Shown: in pieces, positions 7,223-15,464 of the stretch
Position numbering within the stretch: the stretch's first letter is position 1
Layout of the letters: each line of letters begins with the position of its first letter
Origin: a virus
Lineage: Duplodnaviria; Caudoviricetes
Direction: 5' to 3' (one strand)
Length of the DNA stretch: 64,000 nt
Virus record (IMG/VR): IMGVR_UViG_3300028392_002123
Translations under genes and position numbers: made by a program
Notes under the pieces: model-generated
What the model saw: only the letters and a program-made list of their open reading frames with translations
Told to the model about the DNA's origin: nothing
Database searches by the model: none

Positions 7223-7950
7223 AACAGTTTTTTTATTCCATGTAAATTTTTGTAAGTCACAATCTCTTCAGGCATGGACATTACACTATCTTTTATTATA
7301 CGCTCTTTTTCTTTAGTGTCAATATATTCTTTATAAGGAATTACTATTGTTTTAATCAAAAATACACTGGTCAATCCAAGTTCGATGGTATCAAAAGTTT
7401 GGTACTCATATCTAAAATATAAATCATCGATGCTGTTTGGAGTAGGAGTTAGATAACTGGGATGGTTGCTTAATTTTGGATTGGCTGTAATCGTCCAAAC
7501 TGTGCGGCACCAAGGGCCGGCGCCGCTGGCCATAATATCTGCAATACGATTGCTTGCGGCACGTAACTCATCGCCCCGGGCCACAGGACGATGTATTTCT
7601 TCCAGAGTCATCATTAACTTGCTGGCAGGATCCCATCCACTGGGAAATGCTACAAATAAACTTTGTAGTCTGCCTTTGTGCATGATAACAACATCTTCTT
7701 CTAAATGGAATCCTAGTTCTAAAATATTGTTTGTTTGAAATCCCAGTCGATTTGCTGTTTTGCTTACTATGTTATCTGCATAAGCTTCATCACTGCTGGC
7801 CCAAAGTCCATGGGGCTGTTTAATAGATTTAAACTCGTCGTACTTGGCATCGATGTATCGATGATCGGGTATTTTGCTGTACAACGGCCCTGTTAGTTTT
7901 CTAAAATTTGGGCGAGTTGTGTACGGTTTATCTTCAACTACGAATTCCAT
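7213..7950 (-). CDS. DUF3445 / heme-dependent oxidative N-demethylase alpha-subunit-like protein
   Basis: EEDVVIM, VAFPSGWDP..K....L.EIH.PV, R..WTI, R.EYQT motifs. Confidence 0.7.
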   Translation of the reverse strand: MEFVVEDKPYTTRPNFRKLTGPLYSKIPDHRYIDAKYDEFKSIKQPHGLWASSDEAYADNIVSKTANRLGFQTNNILELGFHLEEDVVIMHKGRLQSLFVAFPSGWDPASKLMMTLEEIHRPVARGDELRAASNRIADIMASGAGPWCRTVWTITANPKLSNHPSYLTPTPNSIDDLYFRYEYQTFDTIELGLTSVFLIKTIVIPYKEYIDTKEKERIIKDSVMSMPEEIVTYKNLHGIKKLLWQ

Positions 7951-8273
7951 TATAGTTCGATTGATATGTTAGTAACGTTTTTAACGATAAAACTGCGCCA
8001 ACCTTCTGCGTTTAAATCGTATACAGAAATAACGGAATCATTTTCTTTTTTAGTTTTTGTACTTTCTTTAATTGGCACAGGAGGTAGTAGCTCTGGTTGT
8101 AGTGTACATTTCATCACACGCTGTTCACCATCTTTTTTATTAAATGTCACAGTCATTGGACCAATTTTAAGATGGCCCACCAACCATGTGCGAAATGTTT
8201 CCCACTCTTTGTCAGACCAAGTTGCCGCAGGTGCTGTTGTTTCTATAATATGTTCTGTCATTTTACCCACCAA
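7950..8273 (-). CDS. Conserved T4-like hypothetical protein (SH3/WYL-like beta fold)
   Basis: VTFNKKDGEQRVMKCTL...VYDL..EGWRSF motif. Confidence 0.6.
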   Translation of the reverse strand: MVGKMTEHIIETTAPAATWSDKEWETFRTWLVGHLKIGPMTVTFNKKDGEQRVMKCTLQPELLPPVPIKESTKTKKENDSVISVYDLNAEGWRSFIVKNVTNISIEL

Positions 8274-8785
8274 TCTTCATAAGGGAATTCAACCCATACA
8301 TCATTTTCTGCTTTGTTGATTTCCATACCAACAAAGTCCATTTTAACATTACATTTACTTGCAAGATTATCTACTATAGATGCAAATTTTACATTGTGAT
8401 TCCAAATTTCATCATTCCATTGCTTGTCATTGGGGAAACAACCACTGCGCCAATCTTCCATGATCCAATTAAATGTAGCACCAGTATCATTGATATCATC
8501 GACAATAAGAATTTTTTTGCGGCCGTTACCAGATGACATAGGATCATAGCCAAATGCATCTTCAGCCATGCCAAGATTACTGACTAGTTCTCCGCTGTCA
8601 CGAAGGCTAACATCCAGAGATTTCATAGGCACATTAAGCCATTGACTGATCATTACTGCTGGCAACAATCCGCCGCGAGTGATGCCCACAATATAGTCCG
8701 GCCGCCAGTTACTAAGCATAATATTTCGGCAAATACCGGATACTAGTAATTTGTAGTCATTATAATTAATGGCCAGCTTGTTCAT
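8258..8785 (-). CDS. Type I phosphoribosyltransferase (Gpt-like)
   Basis: IVGITRGGLLPA, PRPP loop ILIVDDINDTGAT, WVEFPYE. Confidence 0.85.
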   Translation of the reverse strand: MNKLAINYNDYKLLVSGICRNIMLSNWRPDYIVGITRGGLLPAVMISQWLNVPMKSLDVSLRDSGELVSNLGMAEDAFGYDPMSSGNGRKKILIVDDINDTGATFNWIMEDWRSGCFPNDKQWNDEIWNHNVKFASIVDNLASKCNVKMDFVGMEINKAENDVWVEFPYEDWWVK

Positions 8786-9248
8786 ATTTTTCCTTTAAAT
8801 ACTGCTCGTTGTGTACCCATCTTTGATTTTCTTGATGCCCTACTAAAAATCCCCATTCACGCACTTGTGGACCGGGTACAAACATAGTCCATGCAGTTAC
8901 ATCAGGATGTAATTCAATACGATGAAAAGACTTAGGAGAGCAGAACCGAAAATGGCCAGGTCCACGCCAATATCGAGTCTCACCAATCTTCCAACCTTGT
9001 GCATTAAAACTCGGAACGTATTCATAGTATCCGCCTTTCAAAATTAGTGTAGCATAAGGCCATGGATGATCATGAACCTCATCTGGATCACTTTTTAAGA
9101 ACTTATGAATAAAGACATTAAATGGAAACCATTTACGATCTTTTAAAAATACATAATAACGTTCTAGATATGGTTCGTTTGATTCACGATCCAAAATAAT
9201 ACGTTTGCGATCAACCTTTTCCAAAAATTTGGTAATTAATTTAAGCAA
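8766..9248 (-). CDS. Cupin-fold protein
   Basis: HDHPW...LILKGGYYE...FHRIEL metal-binding pattern; TTG start with GGAG SD. Confidence 0.65.
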   Translation of the reverse strand: MLKLITKFLEKVDRKRIILDRESNEPYLERYYVFLKDRKWFPFNVFIHKFLKSDPDEVHDHPWPYATLILKGGYYEYVPSFNAQGWKIGETRYWRGPGHFRFCSPKSFHRIELHPDVTAWTMFVPGPQVREWGFLVGHQENQRWVHNEQYLKEKYEQAGH

Positions 9249-9268
9249 AATAATCTCCTATATCAAAT

Positions 9269-9297
9269 ATTATACAGGATCTATAATTTTATGTCAA
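9269..9297 (-). promoter_or_regulatory. Consensus sigma70 promoter for the downstream accessory operon
   Basis: TTGACA (9297-9292), 17 bp, TATAAT (9274-9269). Confidence 0.85.
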
Positions 9298-9313
9298 ATT
9301 AGATTTTACCGAA

Positions 9314-12127
9314 TTAACTGCCGAGACCTTTGGATTTTAAGAAATCTTTAAACACCGGACTATCGTAGCTATTGATATAATCAGGGCCGGCATTTGTCAT
9401 TCCTGTGAAATTTTTGCCTGCAGAGTATTCATTTATTAATTGAAGTTTTTGATCTGTGGGTAGTTGATTGTATGCATTTAACGTTGGATTAGTTTGTTCA
9501 ATGGTATATTGCTGTGATGTTTGGAATGTTGTTCCATTGATATTCCATGTTCTGGCAACACCATTTCCTTCGGCAATTGGTTGATTTTCAACAGCAGTAG
9601 GTTGATAACTGTTTAAGTTAACCAATGTATATATGCCTGGAGTAAATTCTGTATAGGTATAATCCTTGCCAGAAACAGCGCCAACTCTTGGCATCCATGA
9701 GCCATTAGACTGTTGCACAAACAAGTTTGGATCTGGGTCGCCGAGTATGTTAGATCCTCCGCCACCTGGCCCTGCAACAAATCCACTGCCTGCCATTGGC
9801 GGTGCTACTTTTGGTTTAGCAGTGACAGTTAGATTGAAAGTTAGAACTACTGTGTCTTCTTCTAGTGCATCCATTACTGATATAACATAAGGTGTTGATG
9901 CTTTTGCCGCCGGCGCTGTACCTGTAATGTATCCAGTTTCACTGTTAAGAGTTAATCCAGACGGTAGATCAGGACTAACTGTAAAAGAATACGGATCAAG
10001 TCCGCCTGCTGGTGTTACTGGCATTGAATTTACTGAACTACCTTCTTGCACTGATAAATTTGGTATACTAACTCTAGCAGACAAAGGAACTTCAGTGAAT
10101 TCTTCTTTAAACGTCATAGTACTTTCGTAGGAAGCAGATCCTTGTATAAATTTACTATAAGAACTTTTTAGCACAGGATTGGCCAAATCTGTTATATCAA
10201 TGTCATAGTATTCCATGTACCTGCCATTGGTGTAACTGTCGGGACGCTGTGAAGTTAGATAGAATCTTATTGTAGTATTATCTAACAATATAAATTCCAT
10301 TTCATCGTTATATACATTTGGTGTCGTAAGAAACTGTCTATAAGAATATTGTACTTTGTAAGGTAATTTAGTATCTGTGGTTATAACTACAGGAGCATCG
10401 AATACTAAAGAAGAATACTTTGTTCCGAACTGCAATACAATCTTAGTTAAACTAACGCCTGTTAATTCATTGACATATAAGTTATGTGAGTAAGTTGAAT
10501 TTCCTAATGTTGTTTTTGTTTTTAATATTTTATCTGTTGGGTCCGAACTATCTGCATCTTTGATATAAGCGTAACTGTTATCTTTTTTTGGATTGTATCT
10601 AATATCTAAATTTTTATCAGCATGTTGCCCGGTACCTCCAATGGTATGTAAATTTAAAGTATAAATTCTATTCCACTTCTTTTTAAGGGTACTAGTATCT
10701 GTTGTTGCTTGTTCATGCATAAACAGTACTGCTTTATTTACAATGTCCGATAAGTTGTAACTTCTTTCACTGGCTGGGATAGATGTTTTACCAGACACAT
10801 TAACTGGAATAGTTGTTCCATTGTCAAAGGACAATGTTAAATTATTCGGTGTTGTTGGATTTTCTATTAACACAGACCAATCAAGCTCGCCTTGTTTTAG
10901 GCCTGTTGATATTTCTATAACTTCATAACCTGCAGGGCCTTGAAATCCAAATTCAATTCCATCGGACCATGCATTAGTATTGTTCATCACTGACATTCTT
11001 GTATTAGATAGATTAATTTTAAATCTATAAGCAAGGCCTCTTTCTATGTCAATGGAATTTACTAGATCTAACTGTTTAGTATCTGTATTATATTTAGAAG
11101 CTACTACTGTGCCACTGGAATCTGTGATAACAAAATCATAGAAAGAATTATCCGGCACTGGCAATTGATGTAAACCAAAAGGTCTGTCACTGTTATCTGT
11201 TGCTGGATTAGTATCCCAACCTGCGTAATCTATATTTCCCGATACTGGTGCAAATTTTATTCCTACTTCATCGCCACAGTAATTTAATACTGCCTGTCTT
11301 TTATAGAGAATAGGGGTGTTATCGTTGACATTGAGTAATGCTAATGTATCACTGGGTACCAATGATTTAATTGCATTAGGATGCTGAATACCTTTGTTGT
11401 CTACTACTTTATAATCTGCACCTTTGCTATGTACAGCTTTTAATATATCAGCACGTTGTTTTGCCAATTTTATTCCAAAAGGATCTGACAAGTTTGTTTT
11501 AAGACGATTTAGTTCTCCTTTTAATCGTCTCTCCTGCATTTTAAGATTATTTTCAAATTGATTGGAAATTGTTTTTAAACCTGCAGGATCATTGGCCGCA
11601 CGATTTAATGCGTTTTTTAATTGTCTTAGTGCTCCTGGCATAGAATCATAATTAACTCCAAATCCTCCAGGGCCGCCACCGAAACACATTTTAGGATTTG
11701 TTACTTTACCTAATGCATTTAAGATGTTCATACCTTGACCAAATAGCTGAGCATTGACCATGGGCATTATGTCGGGTATCTGTGGAGGGCGAATTGGACT
11801 AGGACATAGTCCGCCAAGGCTGAAAACTGTGCCTATACCTCCTAGTGCAGAGTTAACAGATTTTAATATATCGTCGTAGCCTACTGCGCCTTTAAAATCG
11901 TTGAGGCCGCCTTTTAAGTCTAATAAACCTTGTTTAAGATTATCCAGACCAAAACCCGATGCATCTTTGACTAAGTCGCTGATTGCAAGGTCAAGACAAA
12001 ATAGTCGTCCATTAAACAGGTTACGCAATCGTCCTGCTAATAACGCACATATTAAATCTTTTTCGTTTTTAGGTAAAGCAGGGTTTACTGCTATTTTTGT
12101 ATATTTGCTGAAATCTTCTAAGGCCAT
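9314..12127 (-). CDS. Large virion (tail/baseplate-associated) protein with a putative Ig-like domain
   Basis: 937 aa; PAGGLDPYSFTVSPDLPSGLTLNSETGYITGT (He_PIG-type); late motif TAAATA 5 nt before ATG. Confidence 0.6.
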   Translation of the reverse strand: MALEDFSKYTKIAVNPALPKNEKDLICALLAGRLRNLFNGRLFCLDLAISDLVKDASGFGLDNLKQGLLDLKGGLNDFKGAVGYDDILKSVNSALGGIGTVFSLGGLCPSPIRPPQIPDIMPMVNAQLFGQGMNILNALGKVTNPKMCFGGGPGGFGVNYDSMPGALRQLKNALNRAANDPAGLKTISNQFENNLKMQERRLKGELNRLKTNLSDPFGIKLAKQRADILKAVHSKGADYKVVDNKGIQHPNAIKSLVPSDTLALLNVNDNTPILYKRQAVLNYCGDEVGIKFAPVSGNIDYAGWDTNPATDNSDRPFGLHQLPVPDNSFYDFVITDSSGTVVASKYNTDTKQLDLVNSIDIERGLAYRFKINLSNTRMSVMNNTNAWSDGIEFGFQGPAGYEVIEISTGLKQGELDWSVLIENPTTPNNLTLSFDNGTTIPVNVSGKTSIPASERSYNLSDIVNKAVLFMHEQATTDTSTLKKKWNRIYTLNLHTIGGTGQHADKNLDIRYNPKKDNSYAYIKDADSSDPTDKILKTKTTLGNSTYSHNLYVNELTGVSLTKIVLQFGTKYSSLVFDAPVVITTDTKLPYKVQYSYRQFLTTPNVYNDEMEFILLDNTTIRFYLTSQRPDSYTNGRYMEYYDIDITDLANPVLKSSYSKFIQGSASYESTMTFKEEFTEVPLSARVSIPNLSVQEGSSVNSMPVTPAGGLDPYSFTVSPDLPSGLTLNSETGYITGTAPAAKASTPYVISVMDALEEDTVVLTFNLTVTAKPKVAPPMAGSGFVAGPGGGGSNILGDPDPNLFVQQSNGSWMPRVGAVSGKDYTYTEFTPGIYTLVNLNSYQPTAVENQPIAEGNGVARTWNINGTTFQTSQQYTIEQTNPTLNAYNQLPTDQKLQLINEYSAGKNFTGMTNAGPDYINSYDSPVFKDFLKSKGLGS

Positions 12128-12147
12128 ACCAGTATTTATCTAGTATG

Positions 12148-13158
12148 TTAACAGTCTAATCTAACAACCTTAGAGATACCGCCTCTACTAGGAGTCCATC
12201 CTGTGGGCCATGACACAGTAACATCACCGTCGTGATCTGGGTCTCTAACCGGGGGATCTGCATTTTTTCCAGGGCTTTGATTTCCGCCTACAAATGTATA
12301 TTTTCCACCAGTGGCAGTATAACAGAAATTAACGTGTCCCGATCCCCATAATACTAAGTCGCCGGGTTTCATTTCGCTGACAGCCACAGTTTTATAATTA
12401 GAGTCAACCGAACCGCTGCCTAATTTATTTGCTAGATTACTAGCGCCAGCATCTCGTACCCATTTCATTCCGCTTTGTTTCATTGCAAAACAAGCAAAGC
12501 CTGCACACCAAGGAACTTGATCATTTGTAAAACCTAAACCAATATTTTTCCACATATTAACAATATTAGGATTACTAGTTTTGCCACCTTGTCCGGTTTC
12601 ACGCCATGCACCTGTTTTTGCTTCTTGTAAACACTGGCCTAGGAATCCTAATACATTTGGTTTACCTGCATCACATTTAGTTTCTGGTTGATCTTCTATT
12701 GGTGGAGCTTCAGATACTCCTGGATTGGAAGGAGCTGTACCTGCTTGTTCGTTTTGTTGTCGAGTAGGCGCTGGACTAGTTCTTATATAAGGCTGATCAT
12801 CTCTTGCTAATGGTGTATCGGGTCTAGAGAATAAATTGCTAGGCACAACAACTATAGTAGATTGTATTGTAGATGCTATAGCCCCGGGCTCATTAATGTA
12901 AACATTAGGACTGCCTATTGCTCTAGGATGACCGCAGGTATCTTCATCGCCTGTTTTATTAACAGGTATAAAATTAATATATACCGTAGTGCTACCGTTG
13001 GCTGTTAATGGACTACTATGCGGCGGTAGTCCATGTCCTTCTACAGGACTGCCATCGACACTGACTAATAAATTATTAGCATACACAGTTTGCTGAACAA
13101 CTTCGATGATCGGAGCTTCATCGGAGTTGGGATCGGTCAATCTGTGTACTTGTGGCAT
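12148..13158 (-). CDS. PAAR-like spike domain fused to a TIGR02594/CHAP-like peptidoglycan hydrolase domain
   Basis: N-terminus HRLTD...H...H...GSTTVYIN...GDEDTCGH...GSPNVY; C-terminus VPWCAGF...PGDLVLW..GHVNF...GGNQS. Confidence 0.75.
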   Translation of the reverse strand: MPQVHRLTDPNSDEAPIIEVVQQTVYANNLLVSVDGSPVEGHGLPPHSSPLTANGSTTVYINFIPVNKTGDEDTCGHPRAIGSPNVYINEPGAIASTIQSTIVVVPSNLFSRPDTPLARDDQPYIRTSPAPTRQQNEQAGTAPSNPGVSEAPPIEDQPETKCDAGKPNVLGFLGQCLQEAKTGAWRETGQGGKTSNPNIVNMWKNIGLGFTNDQVPWCAGFACFAMKQSGMKWVRDAGASNLANKLGSGSVDSNYKTVAVSEMKPGDLVLWGSGHVNFCYTATGGKYTFVGGNQSPGKNADPPVRDPDHDGDVTVSWPTGWTPSRGGISKVVRLDC

Positions 13159-13161
13159 ATC

Positions 13162-13467
13162 TTAGAGTATAATACCTGAATTTCTTACTGGTATAATTCC
13201 TGTAGTTTGCTGTAGGTAAGCATCAGCAACTTGTTGTGTCGTTGATGCAATACAAACGATATGAGCATTTTTAAATGCAACTTCTAATTCTGGATTAGCA
13301 GTCATTAAAAATGGTACCATGCCCAGGCCTTGTTGACTTGCGGCTAAGATAACCGGATATCCGATAGTTAACTCTTCAGCTGTTTGACCTGTAACTTTGC
13401 CAACAACTTCGTCGCCGCTGGTTGTTTTAAAACTAACCACTTGTCCAATTTTATTTTCTTTTAACAT
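13162..13467 (-). CDS. Conserved phage protein, probable Sm-like fold
   Basis: VVSFKTTSGDEVVGKV...Y..QTTGII pattern. Confidence 0.55.
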   Translation of the reverse strand: MLKENKIGQVVSFKTTSGDEVVGKVTGQTAEELTIGYPVILAASQQGLGMVPFLMTANPELEVAFKNAHIVCIASTTQQVADAYLQQTTGIIPVRNSGIIL

Positions 13468-13472
13468 ATAAT

Positions 13473-13709
13473 TTACTTTTTAAGCCACGCAACAAGATCA
13501 GTATATCCACCAATGGATTGATCGTCGATAAAAATTTGCGGTACTGTACGTGGCGTAACACCGATACGAGTTGTCAGTTCTTCTAACAACTGAGTTCTTG
13601 TATTATCATCGATAAAGTGTTCTGTGTATTCCCATCCTTCGCGATTGAACAATGCTTTTGCTTGTACGCAATATGGACAGTTATCTTTTGTATAAATTTC
13701 TACTTTCAT
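13473..13709 (-). CDS. nrdC: Glutaredoxin (RNR reductant)
   Basis: CPYC active site, TVPQIFI, IGGY. Confidence 0.92.
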   Translation of the reverse strand: MKVEIYTKDNCPYCVQAKALFNREGWEYTEHFIDDNTRTQLLEELTTRIGVTPRTVPQIFIDDQSIGGYTDLVAWLKK

Positions 13710-13717
13710 TTTCTTCC

Positions 13718-14149
13718 TTAAATTTGTTCGTATGTTTGAGCAAAGATATCTTTCTTTACAACACCATAATCATTGGGTCCATGACGCACAATATAATCAT
13801 TACCTGTGGTATAATTTAATGGCTCTCCCCAACTTGTATTTACAACACCATTATGATCTGCTAATTTAGCAACCTTCATAATTTTTTTAGGAGTCGCTGT
13901 ATTGTCTCTGTTGTCATCATATAGTTCATTAAACTTTGCCGGAGGAATTGGATATTGTTCTCCTTTTGGCCCAGTAATAATGTAGTAGCCTGCTTGATAG
14001 TTTACAGGGCCTTCTAATGTTTCAATGCTTCCGGGTTCGATGGCTTTTAGATAACGAACCGGCGTTGCTTTTTTAGCGACCCGAACGCTTGCTTGGTCAA
14101 ACCAAGAATCGTTGATAGCCGGTGTAGATGTTACTTCGTTGATTTTCAT
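13718..14149 (-). CDS. PGDYG-family protein
   Basis: Duplicated ETLEG...GYYIITGPKGEQYPI and TSWGE...GNDYIV..GPNDYGVVKKDIFAQTYE. Confidence 0.7.
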   Translation of the reverse strand: MKINEVTSTPAINDSWFDQASVRVAKKATPVRYLKAIEPGSIETLEGPVNYQAGYYIITGPKGEQYPIPPAKFNELYDDNRDNTATPKKIMKVAKLADHNGVVNTSWGEPLNYTTGNDYIVRHGPNDYGVVKKDIFAQTYEQI

Positions 14150-14157
14150 TTTTATCC

Positions 14158-15258
14158 TTATAGTGAAGGTAATGCGTCGTAGTCAATGCCTTCGCCCATA
14201 ACACCGATAACATAATTAGTTGATTCACTTTCTTGTAATGCTGTTTGTTTCTTACTAGTATCAACGTGTTTGTTAAACCACGGGATCGGAGTTGACTTGG
14301 GGGCAGTATTAAGATATTTAATACCTATATCCTTTAGCGCGGCCACAGCAGTGAAATCAACAAATTCTCGAAGAATGTTAGCGTTTAATCCAATCACTGG
14401 ACCTTTCTTGAACAAATAGTCTGCCCATTCTTTTTCTTCACGGATAACATCCATGTACAATTGATATACTTCTTGTTCGCATTCTTGTTTAGCTTGAGCA
14501 AATCTCGAATCTTCTTTGACTACTTGATTAATCAAATAAGCCGTCCAACCTTTGTGTAATAATTCGTCTTGTAGGATCAATGAAATGATATTGCCATTGC
14601 CGATAAAGATTTTATTCTCCACCATGGCCAAACTTGTAGCAAAGCTGACCATAAAGCGGAAAGCTTCAAGTGCATAACTTGCGTGTAAGGCCATCCATAC
14701 TGCCTTAATGTGTTCTTTTTCAGTCACTGCTTCGCCAAGTTCTTTGCGGCAGTTGATAACATGTAGCTTGTCATAGTAGTTGCCTACCGAGCTGGCCATG
14801 TCAACAATTTCACTAGTATCGTGGATAGTGTTAAACACATCTTTGGGCACGTTATAGATGTTACGAATAATATGACTATAACTCTTACTGTGGATGTTAG
14901 TTTCGAAGAATCCCCAGTTATACATTAAAGCTTCAACTTCTGGTAAGCTACAAACAGGTGTGAATACCTGTGTTGGGCCACGTCCTTGCAAACTATCCAA
15001 TGCTGTTTGACGTAATAAGTTGCTAGTGAAGATATGCTTGACAGCATCGCTGGCATCCTTAAAGTCATTGGCATCTTTGGTTAAACTGATTTCTTCTGGT
15101 TGCCAAAAGAAACCACGTGCTGTTGCTTCAAAGTCTGCAATCTTTTTATACTTAACTTCTTCAAAACGTTGAATGGTAACTGGGCCTGCTGGATCTAGGA
15201 ACATCTTACGACCGAGATAGTTTGTTTTAGTGTTTAAATTATATTGTTCTTTACTCAT
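14158..15258 (-). CDS. nrdB: Ribonucleotide reductase class Ia beta subunit
   Basis: FFWQPEEI, ETNIHSKSY, EAFRF, DELLH di-iron ligands. Confidence 0.95.
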   Translation of the reverse strand: MSKEQYNLNTKTNYLGRKMFLDPAGPVTIQRFEEVKYKKIADFEATARGFFWQPEEISLTKDANDFKDASDAVKHIFTSNLLRQTALDSLQGRGPTQVFTPVCSLPEVEALMYNWGFFETNIHSKSYSHIIRNIYNVPKDVFNTIHDTSEIVDMASSVGNYYDKLHVINCRKELGEAVTEKEHIKAVWMALHASYALEAFRFMVSFATSLAMVENKIFIGNGNIISLILQDELLHKGWTAYLINQVVKEDSRFAQAKQECEQEVYQLYMDVIREEKEWADYLFKKGPVIGLNANILREFVDFTAVAALKDIGIKYLNTAPKSTPIPWFNKHVDTSKKQTALQESESTNYVIGVMGEGIDYDALPSL

Positions 15259-15261
15259 ATG

Positions 15262-15453
15262 TTACCAATGTCTTATAGTATTTGCTATAATAAAAAAGCA
15301 GGTTATAATATGTACTATAACCCAAAAGGTTTTTAAAAATAGTGCTACTCTTGCTTCGCGCAAGGTTAGTATGGGTACATCGGGTCTATCATGATCTGAT
15401 TCTCCCATTAAATGTCCGGTGGCACGAGCCCATATACGTTCTATACTGTTCAT
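15262..15453 (-). CDS. Small membrane protein
   Basis: C-terminal hydrophobic helix; lies between nrdA and nrdB. Confidence 0.65.
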   Translation of the reverse strand: MNSIERIWARATGHLMGESDHDRPDVPILTLREARVALFLKTFWVIVHIITCFFIIANTIRHW

Positions 15454-15464
15454 CGTTGTTGCCT

